Positions 1 through 9,269 of a DNA stretch of 63,790 bases are shown here, in pieces. Position 1 is the first letter of the stretch. Each line of letters opens with the position of its first letter. This stretch comes from Gammaproteobacteria bacterium (lineage in GTDB: Bacteria; Pseudomonadota; Gammaproteobacteria; Steroidobacterales; JABDMI01). The stretch covers positions 1-63,790 of the forward strand of contig JABDMI010000127.1 of the NCBI GenBank assembly GCA_013001575.1. The letters are read 5' to 3'. The notes below the pieces were generated by a model. The model was not told where the DNA came from, did no database searches, and was given only the letters and a program-made list of their open reading frames with translations. The translations under genes were made by a program, and so were the position numbers.

Positions 1-1
1 A

Positions 2-1663
2 CATTTACACATTCGCCATTTTGCCATTATTGATGCACTCGAACTCGAACTCGATCAGGGTTTCAGTGTATTAAGCGGTGAAACGGGTGCAGGAAAATCA
101 ATCTTACTCGACGCCCTAGGCTTGATCATGGGTGACCGCGCTGACACTGGCATGATCCGTGCCGGACAAGATAAAGCCGATATCACCGCAGAGTTTTCGG
201 TTGTACAAAACTCACCACTGGATTCCTGGTTATTTGAAAATGACCTGGAAGCCGCTGAAGATGATAATAATGTTTGTCTGATTCGCCGGGTCATCAATCG
301 CAATGGGCGTTCACGCGCTTTCATCAATGGTCAACAAGCGCCGTTGCAAAAACTCAAGGAATTGGGTGAATTACTGCTCGACATTCATGGTCAGCATTCA
401 CACCACTCCTTATTAAAAACGCCCAAACAATTGGCCTTGTTGGACGAATACGCAAAATGTGGTCAAGAACTCGATGACACCAAGAAGCATTTTCTGGAAT
501 GGCAAGCGTGTCAGCAAGAACTGGAAAAACTTCAACAAGATAATATGCTGCGCCAAAACCGGCTTGATTTTTTACAGTTTCAGTTAAAAGAGCTTGATGC
601 ACTGGCCCTGGTTGACGGTGAAGTTGAATCTTTGGAAAAAGAAATCCTGCAATTGAGCAGTGGCAGCAAACATCTTGAAGCGCTCACTGAGCTGGATCAA
701 CTACTGAATGCCGAGCATGCCATTAACGACCAACTTGCCAGGGCATCCGGTGTTTTGCAGGAACTGGCAAGGAAAAACAACTTGTTTAAGGATCTTGCCG
801 AAACCTTAGAAAGCGCCGACATCATGAGTCGTGAAGTGGCCGCTGATATCGCACAAAAACTGGAAAACGTTGACGCCGACCCACAACGTGAAGCCTGGTT
901 GAATGACCGCTTGGGCGCCATTCAGGGATTGGCACGCAAGCATCGGGTCTCCGCTACCGGCTTATTCGAGTTTTCGCAAAAAATTCGTATTGAGCATGAC
1001 AGTCTTTTAAATGCAGACGATCGCATTGTTGAATTAAAAAATTCCCTGAGTTCCCTGGAAACCGGGTATCGTGAGTGTGCCAGGCGCTTGTCTGATAAAC
1101 GCGACAAAGCTGCAAAAGTTTTGCAAAAAACGGTCAGCGACAGTGTGCAAAATCTCGGTATGCCGAATGCACAATTCGAGATTAAAATTCAATTTGATAA
1201 TAACTCTGATCCAAAACTGCTCGGACTGGATGTGATCGAGTTTTTATTCTCGGCCAATCCCGGACAAGCACTCGAACCCATCAGAAAAGTTGCCTCGGGC
1301 GGTGAGTTGTCACGCATCGGACTGGCGCTGGCGGTAAGTAGCCAATCTAAAAAATCGGCACCTGTTGTGGTGTTTGATGAAGTGGATGCAGGCATTGGCG
1401 GGGTAACCGCAAATACGGTGGGCGAATATTTACAAACCCTGGCCACAGACTATCAAGTTTTGTGTGTCACACATCTGGCGCAAGTGGCGGCCAAAGCCGA
1501 TCATCAATTTCGGGTTATGAAAATGACGGATGGCAAAACCACACACACCCAGGTGCGGCATTTGAACAAAGATGAACGGGTCACGGAAATTGTCAGAATG
1601 CTTGGCAGTCAGGACAGTGACAAGGCATTAACTGAACATGCGCAGAAGTTACTCGAAAATTAA
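2..1663 (+). CDS. recN: DNA repair protein RecN (5' end outside window)
   Basis: Frame is open from the window edge. Has GETGAGKS Walker A at the start, a long coiled-coil middle, an SGGELSRIGLAL signature and VVVFDEVDAGIGG Walker B near the C-terminus. Confidence 0.9.
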   Translation, partial: HLHIRHFAIIDALELELDQGFSVLSGETGAGKSILLDALGLIMGDRADTGMIRAGQDKADITAEFSVVQNSPLDSWLFENDLEAAEDDNNVCLIRRVINRNGRSRAFINGQQAPLQKLKELGELLLDIHGQHSHHSLLKTPKQLALLDEYAKCGQELDDTKKHFLEWQACQQELEKLQQDNMLRQNRLDFLQFQLKELDALALVDGEVESLEKEILQLSSGSKHLEALTELDQLLNAEHAINDQLARASGVLQELARKNNLFKDLAETLESADIMSREVAADIAQKLENVDADPQREAWLNDRLGAIQGLARKHRVSATGLFEFSQKIRIEHDSLLNADDRIVELKNSLSSLETGYRECARRLSDKRDKAAKVLQKTVSDSVQNLGMPNAQFEIKIQFDNNSDPKLLGLDVIEFLFSANPGQALEPIRKVASGGELSRIGLALAVSSQSKKSAPVVVFDEVDAGIGGVTANTVGEYLQTLATDYQVLCVTHLAQVAAKADHQFRVMKMTDGKTTHTQVRHLNKDERVTEIVRMLGSQDSDKALTEHAQKLLEN

Positions 1664-1673
1664 ACGAGCTGTT

Positions 1674-2093
1674 TTATTGTTGTTTTTGACACTCCGGGCA
1701 AACCCCGTAAATGTGCAATGAATGATCGGTCATTTGATAGCCTTTTTTTTCAGCGATCTCTTTTTGGCGTAACTCAATCATATCGTCTATAAATTCATCT
1801 ACTTTGCCACATTTCACACACACGATATGATCATGATGGGTGCCGCGTTCAATCTCAAAGACCGAATTCGTGCCTTCAAAATGATGACGTGTGACCAGAC
1901 CCGCGGCTTCAAACTGGGTTAACACGCGGTACACCGTGGCCAAACCGATCTTTTCCTCGCCAGAATCCCTGAGCATTTTGAACACATCTTCAGCACTCAT
2001 ATGACGTTGCTCACTGGTTTCCAGCAACTCCAGGATTTTCACTCGGGGCAGAGTGACTTTTAATCCGGCTTGACGAAGGTCTTTAGATTCCAT
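1674..2093 (-). CDS. fur: Ferric uptake regulator Fur
   Basis: 139 aa. Winged-helix N-terminus (ATVYRVLTQFEAAGLV), HHDHIVCVKCGKV and CPEC metal-site motifs typical of Fur. Confidence 0.9.
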   Translation of the reverse strand: MESKDLRQAGLKVTLPRVKILELLETSEQRHMSAEDVFKMLRDSGEEKIGLATVYRVLTQFEAAGLVTRHHFEGTNSVFEIERGTHHDHIVCVKCGKVDEFIDDMIELRQKEIAEKKGYQMTDHSLHIYGVCPECQKQQ

Positions 2094-2165
2094 CGATTGG
2101 GAACTCCTGCTGGTTCTCGTTGTATAATGACTGACTATTAAAAACTATTTTAGCGAAAAATCACT

Positions 2166-2492
2166 ATGCGCAAACTGTTAATTATTGCCTCACTGGCATT
2201 AAGCCTGCTTTTCACATCTGCCTGTGTATACCGCACCGGCGTTATTCAAGGTGGTCAAGTTGATGAACGTGCAATTAAAAGAGTCGAAGTTGGCATGGGC
2301 GCAGACCAGGTTCGTCGCTTGCTTGGTACACCCATGATCCAGGACATTTACCATCCCGACCGCTGGGATTATGTCTATTACACGATCAATCTAGGCAGTA
2401 ACAAAGTGCAACGCGTGAGTATCTTTTTTGACAAAGGGATTGTTAGCAAGATCGAGAATACGGAAGCTGAAAATAAACAACCAGCCAGTTAA
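2166..2492 (+). CDS. bamE: Outer membrane protein assembly factor BamE (SmpA/OmlA lipoprotein)
   Basis: 108 aa with signal peptide and lipobox (LFTSAC). SmpA/OmlA-like core (GMGADQVRRLLGTP...DRWDYVY). Conserved position next to fur. Confidence 0.85.
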   Translation: MRKLLIIASLALSLLFTSACVYRTGVIQGGQVDERAIKRVEVGMGADQVRRLLGTPMIQDIYHPDRWDYVYYTINLGSNKVQRVSIFFDKGIVSKIENTEAENKQPAS

Positions 2493-2510
2493 AGATTTAA
2501 CGACTTCTGT

Positions 2511-2864
2511 TTAGACCGGTTTCTTTTTTCCCAAGGTTTTCCCTTCCGCTGCCAGGCGGCGTCTGACCTCTTTCGGGTCTGCCAACAAAGGTCGATACAA
2601 CTCAATGCGATCACCGTTGTGTAATTCATAATTTTCAGCGATCAACTTCCCAAATACTCCGAGCTTTACCGATTCCACATCGATCTCCGGAAATTCATGT
2701 TTGATCGGGGATTGCCGCACGGCCTCACGTGCCGTGGTACCAACAGGAACGTTGACTAATACTATTTCCTGCTTATCGGGAGTTGCATAAGCCACTTCCA
2801 AGGTAAGCGTATGCTCTTCACTGGTAATCTTTTCAGCGTCTTCAATCAAGGCTACGTGGTCCAT
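2511..2864 (-). CDS. rnfH: RnfH family ubiquitin-like protein (RatB/UPF0125)
   Basis: C-terminal DRIELYRPLLADPKEVRR motif typical of RnfH. Start set at the internal ATG (MDHV...) that overlaps the end of the upstream ratA-like gene. The track start 2888 is also possible. Confidence 0.75.
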   Translation of the reverse strand: MDHVALIEDAEKITSEEHTLTLEVAYATPDKQEIVLVNVPVGTTAREAVRQSPIKHEFPEIDVESVKLGVFGKLIAENYELHNGDRIELYRPLLADPKEVRRRLAAEGKTLGKKKPV

Positions 2865-3303
2865 AGATGTGTTCAGCGCGGTGTACAAAGGCGTCCATCA
2901 TATCCGAGATATCGTTTTGCAATGTGCGAGACAGTAAATTTGCGATGCCGTGCTTGAACTGAAAATCCATGTACAGACCCACCTTGCAACCGGCTTCCTG
3001 ACCTAGCGGGGCCTTGCCGAGTGGATCAAAACTCCACTGCCCGCGTAAGCGTTTGAATGGGCCATCGAGTAATTGCATTTGAATAGTCCAGGGTCTGTCA
3101 TTGGTATTGCTGGTAGTGAACGAATCTTTGATCAGGCCTTTTTGTATTCCCAAAGATGCGCTTAATTGACCGTTTTCACTCGAGTGCAACTCACCGGAAG
3201 CGCACCAGGGTAAAAATTCCGGATAGCTTTCAAAGTTATTGACCAAGTCAAACATTTCTGCACAGGTGTATGGCACCAGAGCATTGCGCTCAACAATCGG
3301 CAT
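2842..3303 (-). CDS. ratA: SRPBCC / ubiquinone-binding RatA (Coq10-like) family protein
   Basis: MPIVERNALVPYTCAEMFDLVNNFESYPEFLPWC resembles the RatA/YfjG N-terminus. Conserved ratA-rnfH pairing. ATG at 3303 preferred over TTG at 3312. Confidence 0.8.
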   Translation of the reverse strand: MPIVERNALVPYTCAEMFDLVNNFESYPEFLPWCASGELHSSENGQLSASLGIQKGLIKDSFTTSNTNDRPWTIQMQLLDGPFKRLRGQWSFDPLGKAPLGQEAGCKVGLYMDFQFKHGIANLLSRTLQNDISDMMDAFVHRAEHIYGPRSLD

Positions 3304-3320
3304 AACAAGCAAACTGCATA

Positions 3321-4691
3321 TTAAGGATTAACAAAACCAAGCTTAACCAACATAACAAAAAGCACAGCGAGTGGCGCGATAATACGCGACAACCACAACC
3401 AGGTGGTGTAGCGCCAGTCGGTTCCCAATCCCAGCTCGTCCGAGGTTGAGACCCTGCACATTATCCAGCCTGCAAAAATTGAAATAAAGAATCCGCCCAG
3501 TGGCAACATAATATTGCTGGACAAGTAATCAATATTATCGAAAATAGTTCGGCCAAAGAATTGATATTCTTCCCCACTCCAAAGATTGAATGAGAATACT
3601 GTTCCAAGACCAATTACCCAGATAACGATCCCGATAATTATTGCGGCTTTTTTTCTTGACCATTTAAAACTTTCTACTGTCCAGGCAATCGCCGGTTCAA
3701 GCAAGCCAATCGCAGATGTTAAGGCGGCAAAACTTAAAAGCACAAAGAACAAGGTAGAAAACAATGTAGTTAGCGGCATTTGGCTAAATGCGACAGGTAG
3801 AGTGCTGAAGATCAAACCCGGACCCTCGCCCGGATTCAATCCATTCGCAAGTACGATCGGAAAAATCACCAATCCGGCAAGTAATGCTATCAGTGTGTCA
3901 GCAAAAACCACCATGACCGCAGTAGAACCGATCGATGTATTTTGTGGCAAATACGCTCCATAGGCCATAATCGCACCCATTCCAACACTTAATGTGAAAA
4001 AGGCGTGTCCCATTGCAACGATCCAGCTGTTGGCATTCAATTTGCTGAAGTCGGGTTCGAATAAATATTTAACCCCGTCCATAAAGGAACCACTTTGCAT
4101 GCTGTAAACCAGTAATACCAGGAGCAGAAAAAATAATGCCGGCATTAAAAATTGCACCGCTTTTTCCAGACCTCTTTGCACTCCACGTCCGACAATTATT
4201 GCGGTAATGATCATGAACAAGGTATGCCAGAAAAGCAAACTTTTCCAGTCTCCGAGATGATCACCCAGGGTATTTGCTATGGCCGCTGTTTCTGCACCGG
4301 TGAAGGCTCCAGACATACTTTTCAAAACATAGGCTAATGCCCATCCAGCGACTACCGAATAAAATGACAGAATCAGGAAGCCGGCCAAAATGCCCCACAT
4401 TCCCAACCATTTCCAGTGTTTAGAATTGCCTTCCTCTTCGCCAAGGATTTCCATGGTTTTAACCGGGTTACGGCGACCACGTCGACCCATGAGTATTTCC
4501 GACATCAAGATCGGCAAGCCAACAGCAAACACGCAAAGAAGATAGACCAGAACAAATGCACCTCCACCATTTTCACCTGTGATGTAGGGGAATTTCCAAA
4601 TGTTACCAAGGCCGACGGCTGAACCGGTTACCGCCAGAATGAAGGCCATGCGGGATGACCAATTACCATGTAGGGATTCACGTTTTGCCAT
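3321..4691 (-). CDS. Sodium-dependent transporter, neurotransmitter:sodium symporter (SNF) family
   Basis: GSAVGLGNIWKFPYITGENGGGAFV motif and about 12 hydrophobic segments. Start set at MAKRESLH (ATG 4691). The longer track ORF would run into the smpB promoter region. Confidence 0.85.
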   Translation of the reverse strand: MAKRESLHGNWSSRMAFILAVTGSAVGLGNIWKFPYITGENGGGAFVLVYLLCVFAVGLPILMSEILMGRRGRRNPVKTMEILGEEEGNSKHWKWLGMWGILAGFLILSFYSVVAGWALAYVLKSMSGAFTGAETAAIANTLGDHLGDWKSLLFWHTLFMIITAIIVGRGVQRGLEKAVQFLMPALFFLLLVLLVYSMQSGSFMDGVKYLFEPDFSKLNANSWIVAMGHAFFTLSVGMGAIMAYGAYLPQNTSIGSTAVMVVFADTLIALLAGLVIFPIVLANGLNPGEGPGLIFSTLPVAFSQMPLTTLFSTLFFVLLSFAALTSAIGLLEPAIAWTVESFKWSRKKAAIIIGIVIWVIGLGTVFSFNLWSGEEYQFFGRTIFDNIDYLSSNIMLPLGGFFISIFAGWIMCRVSTSDELGLGTDWRYTTWLWLSRIIAPLAVLFVMLVKLGFVNP

Positions 4692-4871
4692 AATTAGATT
4701 CTTATATTTGATTTTAAATGGGCTTGATCCAGAACCAGCTGAATATTTAGATGACCATTGTAATGATTTAAGGTTGATATTTTTAGCAAAAAATGAACGA
4801 ATTCGTATAATTTTCTGTGCATTCAGGCGCTTGAAAGCACTTAATGTGCTTAAATCTTTTATAATTTCACA

Positions 4872-5348
4872 ATGCCAACCGATAAAAAAACCAAAAAAAG
4901 CAATAATCAAATTGCTGTCAATCGTAAAGCCGGACACGATTTTTTCATTGAACAGCGCTTTGAAGCGGGCCTTGCCCTGCAGGGCTGGGAAGTGAAAAGT
5001 TTACGCATGGGTAAGGCAAATCTGACCGACACCTATGTACGCATTATCAAAAACGAAGCGTGGTTACTGGGTTTACACATCACCCCGTTACTCTCGACCT
5101 CCACGCATGTACACGCCGACCCCACCCGGGTACGAAAATTATTACTGAATCGGCGTGAACTCGATATGTTGATCGGCGCGGTAGAACGCAAAGGTTATAC
5201 CCTGGTTGCGCTGAAAATGTACTGGAAGAATGGACGTGCCAAACTCGAAATCGGATTGGGTAAAGGCAAAAAGAGTTATGATAAACGCGCTGCTGAAAAG
5301 AACCGTGACTGGAATCGGCAAAAAGCACGTATTTTAAAAGGTCGCTAA
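4872..5348 (+). CDS. smpB: SsrA-binding protein SmpB
   Basis: 158 aa. [29 protein letters not shown] and a basic C-terminal tail are typical of SmpB. Confidence 0.95.
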   Translation: MPTDKKTKKSNNQIAVNRKAGHDFFIEQRFEAGLALQGWEVKSLRMGKANLTDTYVRIIKNEAWLLGLHITPLLSTSTHVHADPTRVRKLLLNRRELDMLIGAVERKGYTLVALKMYWKNGRAKLEIGLGKGKKSYDKRAAEKNRDWNRQKARILKGR

Positions 5349-5386
5349 TTTCTACTGACACTAGTGTCAAACATCAATTTACAACA

Positions 5387-6559
5387 ATGACAGATTTAAA
5401 ACCCAGCAAAGAACAGGTTCGCTTACAGATCAATGAACTTGACCAGCAATTACTCAAAGCATTGGCCAAACGCAAAGAACTGGTCGCCGATGTGATCGCC
5501 GACAAGATACGTGCCGGTCATCCCATTCGTGACACCGATCGTGAGCAGGCGCTGCTTTCGCGTCTGGTGGCAGATGGCATCGACCTGCAACTGAATCCGC
5601 AATTTGTATTAGACGTTTACCATCGTATTCTGGATGACTCGGTGCGGCAACAATATACCCACAGCTTGAATCGTGAAAACAAAGAGCAAATAAAAGAACT
5701 GCTCATTGCGCATTTGGGTGACCAGTATTCGTATAGCTATTTGGCAGTCGAGCGGCATTTCGCCAATTACCCGACAAAATTCGTGGGTCAGGGATTTGAT
5801 CATTTTCGAGAAATTTTTAACGCGGTGGCAAATCAGGAAGTTAATCTGGGATTGTTACCATTTGAAAATACCACTTCCGGCACCATTAACGAGATCCACG
5901 ATCTGCTGCGTGAATTTTCTTTATACATAGTGGGCGAGGAAAGTGTGGCCATACGCCATTGCCTGATCGGATTCCCGGGCAACAAGATCCATGAATTGAA
6001 AGATGTGTATTCACATCCTCAAGCCTTGGCACAATCCGGCGCGTTTTTACAAAAGTATCCCAATTTGCATGCCAATTTTTACGCCAGCACCTCAACCGCG
6101 GTAAATTACATAAAAGAGATAGGCGATCCAACAAAAGCCGCCATTGCCAGTCGCGAAGCGGCCATGCATGCTGGCCTAAGTGTGCTTGCCGAAGACATCG
6201 GCAATCAAGCCGAAAACTACACCCGCTTCATTATTATTGCCAGAAATCCGGTAAGCGTGCCCAATAATTTACCCGCAAAAACCACCTTATTGTTTGCTAC
6301 CCAGCATCAGGCCGGGGCTTTGGTGGACGTCTTGAATGTATTAAAAGAACACAAGATCAATATGACCAAATTAACCTCACGCCCTATTCCTGGCAAAGCC
6401 TGGCAAGAATTGTTTTTTGTGGATTTCCAGGGCAATCAGGCTGACGAGAATGTGCACGAAGCTTTGAACGAGGTGGAACAGCACGCGGCCTTTATGCGGG
6501 TTTTGGGCAGTTATCCCGAGCATTCCATTGATCCTACCCAGATTCAGTTGAAAGACTGA
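5387..6559 (+). CDS. pheA: Bifunctional chorismate mutase / prephenate dehydratase (P-protein)
   Basis: 390 aa. N-terminal chorismate mutase helix region, a central prephenate dehydratase region (ENTTSGTINE, YTRFIII) and a C-terminal ACT-like region. Confidence 0.9.
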   Translation: MTDLKPSKEQVRLQINELDQQLLKALAKRKELVADVIADKIRAGHPIRDTDREQALLSRLVADGIDLQLNPQFVLDVYHRILDDSVRQQYTHSLNRENKEQIKELLIAHLGDQYSYSYLAVERHFANYPTKFVGQGFDHFREIFNAVANQEVNLGLLPFENTTSGTINEIHDLLREFSLYIVGEESVAIRHCLIGFPGNKIHELKDVYSHPQALAQSGAFLQKYPNLHANFYASTSTAVNYIKEIGDPTKAAIASREAAMHAGLSVLAEDIGNQAENYTRFIIIARNPVSVPNNLPAKTTLLFATQHQAGALVDVLNVLKEHKINMTKLTSRPIPGKAWQELFFVDFQGNQADENVHEALNEVEQHAAFMRVLGSYPEHSIDPTQIQLKD

Positions 6560-6657
6560 CCCGTAACCCCATATTGAACCTATCCAGACAAGCAAAGTCT
6601 GAGATAATAGGAATTGTCGTAGATCGTAACGACAACATCGGTGGACCAATCTGATTC

Positions 6658-7016
6658 GGGGGCGACCTGGCTTCGACGTGGATAGCGAAACTTTTTGTGC
6701 ATACCGAGCTGTAGCGACTCGTTAAACCACTGCAAACCTTATAGTTGCAAACGATAACAACTACGCATTAGCTGCTTAATAACCAGTTTTAATGCCCTTG
6801 GCCCACAATGAGCCTATGCGTTGTGGAATCCAGGGTTACTTTTATAGGATCGCGGCGAGTGATGTTCAAGCGCAGACCGTTAAACTCTTACTTGAACTGG
6901 CTTAGTGGCTTCCCTGACAGTCGGGTACTGCTAAGTAAGATTAAAGACTGAATAAGTATGTAGAGCGAGAAGCGGAGGATTTGCGGACGCGGGTTCGATT
7001 CCCGCCGCCTCCACCA
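6658..7016 (+). ncRNA. ssrA: tmRNA (SsrA)
   Basis: The 5' GGGGGCG pairs with the 3' CGCCUCC-A-CCA, including a G3:U pair. The T-arm GGGTTCGATTCCC is present. Tag ORF at 6747-6779 is GCA AAC GAT AAC AAC TAC GCA TTA GCT GCT TAA TAA = ANDNNYALAA. Overall close to the E. coli ssrA layout. Confidence 0.92.
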
Positions 7017-7025
7017 AAATAAAAA

Positions 7026-7050
7026 GTCACCCTTGCGGTGGCTTTTTTAT
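7026..7050 (+). terminator. Intrinsic terminator of ssrA
   Basis: Hairpin gtcaccc-ttgc-ggtggc followed by a T6 run, 10 nt after the CCA end. Confidence 0.7.
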
Positions 7051-7080
7051 TTATGCGGCGTGCTGAGAAGCCGCGTAGCG
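7027..7080 (+). repeat. Direct repeat copy 1 (terminator module after ssrA)
   Basis: tcacccttgcggtggcttttttatttatgcggcgtgctgagaagccgcgtagcg. Near-identical to 7199-7251. Confidence 0.85.
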
Positions 7081-7198
7081 GGTTCACTAAAAACGCCTGG
7101 AGCGTTTTTGAACATCGGAGGAACGACGATGGCCCCAACAGGGTGAGGCACACGATGTGCCGAATAATTCCCTACAAATCCAAAATTCAAATATTCGC

Positions 7199-7251
7199 CC
7201 ACCCTTGCGGTGGCTTTTTTATTTTTGCGGCGGGCGAGAAGCCGCGTTGCG
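7199..7251 (+). repeat. Direct repeat copy 2 (terminator module)
   Basis: ccacccttgcggtggcttttttatttttgcggcgggcgagaagccgcgttgcg. It keeps the same two hairpins as copy 1. Confidence 0.85.
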
Positions 7252-7327
7252 TCTACTGCATAATGATTAAAACAGTGCGCAAGCGCCTCATGCTAAAATT
7301 CCTGCAATTCAATAATAAATTATTCGC

Positions 7328-8200
7328 ATGACCAGTCTCCTTACTGAAACCATTCTCCCCATAAGCTTATTCTTCATCATGCTTGGCATGGGCATGACCT
7401 TGCTTGTGGATGACTTTAAACGGGTACTGGTTTATCCCAAAGCAGTCAGTATTGGAATAATCGGACAACTTTTGTTATTACCAGTTTTCGGTTTCTTGAT
7501 CGCCTTTAGCATCCCGATGCCGCCTGAATTGGCGGTTGGTATTATGATCCTGGCAGCCTGCCCTGGTGGCAGCACCTCAAACATCATTTCGCATTTGGCC
7601 AAAGGTGATACTGCCCTTTCCATCACGCTAACCGCGATCAGCAGCACCATTACCGTTTTCAGTATTCCGGTGATCATAAATTTCGCCTTGCAAAACTTTA
7701 TGGGAGATGGCGCAGAATTGTCCTTGCCCATATTCAAAACCATGAAAACCCTGTTTACCATCACACTTTTGCCGGTAGCGATCGGAATGTTGATAAAAGC
7801 CAAAGCCCCGGGTTTCGCCGATCGTCAGGAAAAACTGGTCAACAATTTTTCCGGCGGTTTTTTTGTTTTTCTGGTTATTTTCATTATCGTGGTGGAGCGC
7901 GATAATTTACTGCAAGCCTTACTGGTTTCCGGCCTGGCCTGCTTGATCCTGAATGTTGGGATGATGTCACTGGGCTACATAATGTCTCGCCTCAGCCAAC
8001 TGGATAAGCGCCAGAGTAAAACCATTACCATTGAGGTCGGTGTGCAAAACACCACCATGGCTTTTGTGATCGTGGGAGCATTCCTGCACGATACAGCCTT
8101 TGCCTTACCGGCTGCGATCTACTCATTGATCATGTATGCAACTACCGGCAGCATAATTGCCTATTCAAGAAAAAATATCCCGGAAACCCAAATCAGTTAG
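7328..8200 (+). CDS. Bile acid:sodium symporter (BASS) family transporter
   Basis: 290 aa polytopic protein. LGMGMTL..DF and AACPGGSTSNI motifs are typical of the BASS/SBF family. Confidence 0.8.
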   Translation: MTSLLTETILPISLFFIMLGMGMTLLVDDFKRVLVYPKAVSIGIIGQLLLLPVFGFLIAFSIPMPPELAVGIMILAACPGGSTSNIISHLAKGDTALSITLTAISSTITVFSIPVIINFALQNFMGDGAELSLPIFKTMKTLFTITLLPVAIGMLIKAKAPGFADRQEKLVNNFSGGFFVFLVIFIIVVERDNLLQALLVSGLACLILNVGMMSLGYIMSRLSQLDKRQSKTITIEVGVQNTTMAFVIVGAFLHDTAFALPAAIYSLIMYATTGSIIAYSRKNIPETQIS

Positions 8201-9252
8201 GCGCACCATTCCAGGCTGTTATCGGTGACACCAAAACTCGATGAATTTCGCTTGCTATTTGCGTAAACATCAAGATCTTTCGCACCCGCAAATACGGGCT
8301 GTAAAAAATCTATCAACTGTTGATACTCGATCAAGAACGCATCATGACCGTGAATGGAGTTGATAATTCCAAGCTTGGCCGGTTTACCTACTGCGAGTAA
8401 TTTTTCCAAGGTGTCGTAATTTTCGGAATTTATATAGAAACCGTCACTATCGATTCCAATCAAATGGATGTTTGCATCGAAGTCAGCCACAGTACCTTCA
8501 AAATCCCCGGTGCCATCAGTGATGTCCCCAGTAGCGAGTAGATGATTCAACAGTTTGTATGAGGCTAATGCAAAGCGTTGCTCAAGTTTATCACCGTGAT
8601 GTTGTAACCAGCTTTCTACATTGAATAAGTCAAGTTCGGCATGCTTTGAGCGCGCGAATTTTTGTTTGAGTGAAGCGGCACTACGGTAAAAGGTCATTGC
8701 GTGCATACGCGCATCTTGCAGCGGTGAGTCGGAATGTTGCAAGATCTGTTTTTGTATACGCACATTAGCGATCAACCAGTCCGAGGCTTTCCAGTCTGTT
8801 GCGATCGGGATCAAATGCTCGGTAACATCCGGCTTTAACGCAGCAATTTCCCAGGCAAGTGCCCCACCGATACTTCCACCGATAATTGCAAACAGACGCT
8901 TGATCTTCAACTCCGAAAGTCCAGACAAAAATATTCTGGCAATATCTCTTAGAGTAAATTCCTGATAATTGTCGGTGAGCTTTTCATCGATTTGACTGAA
9001 ACCATTGCCCGGTATGTCAAAGGCCAGGATGGTGTAACGTCCGGTATCGATAATTTTGTTGTCACCAATGAGGTCATTCCACCAGCCTTGCGCACCCGTT
9101 ACGCTGGAGTTTCCAGTAAGTGCATGATTGACGAGCACAACTGGCGCTGTTCCCAGCTCGCGACCATAGAGTTGATACGTGAGCGTCGGGTCATGTCTGA
9201 AACCCGACGCGGTCACAAAGTCACTGACCACCAGTGTGTGTATTTGACTCAT
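8197..9252 (-). CDS. metX: Homoserine O-acetyltransferase-like alpha/beta hydrolase (MetX family)
   Basis: N-terminus LYGRELGTAPVVLVNHALTGNS, nucleophile elbow GGSIGG and a C-terminal HGHDAFL-type motif. Sits immediately downstream of metY. Confidence 0.7.
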   Translation of the reverse strand: MSQIHTLVVSDFVTASGFRHDPTLTYQLYGRELGTAPVVLVNHALTGNSSVTGAQGWWNDLIGDNKIIDTGRYTILAFDIPGNGFSQIDEKLTDNYQEFTLRDIARIFLSGLSELKIKRLFAIIGGSIGGALAWEIAALKPDVTEHLIPIATDWKASDWLIANVRIQKQILQHSDSPLQDARMHAMTFYRSAASLKQKFARSKHAELDLFNVESWLQHHGDKLEQRFALASYKLLNHLLATGDITDGTGDFEGTVADFDANIHLIGIDSDGFYINSENYDTLEKLLAVGKPAKLGIINSIHGHDAFLIEYQQLIDFLQPVFAGAKDLDVYANSKRNSSSFGVTDNSLEWCA

Positions 9253-9269
9253 TAGAATCCCTTTTCCTG

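Noticed and set aside
2511-3303. RatA-RnfH pair as a toxin-antitoxin system worth flagging
   Set aside because: This is the widely conserved ratA-rnfH housekeeping pair next to smpB and bamE. Nothing unusual is visible.
4692-4871. Possible riboswitch in the leader of the sodium symporter
   Set aside because: Reading the minus-strand leader shows only an AT-rich sequence and a 6-bp palindrome. No glycine-type or other recognisable aptamer core is present.
4692-4937. N-terminal 82-aa extension of the SNF transporter ORF in the track
   Set aside because: The extension has no transporter-like sequence and would cover the divergent smpB promoter region. The conserved N-terminus starts at MAKRESLH (ATG 4691).
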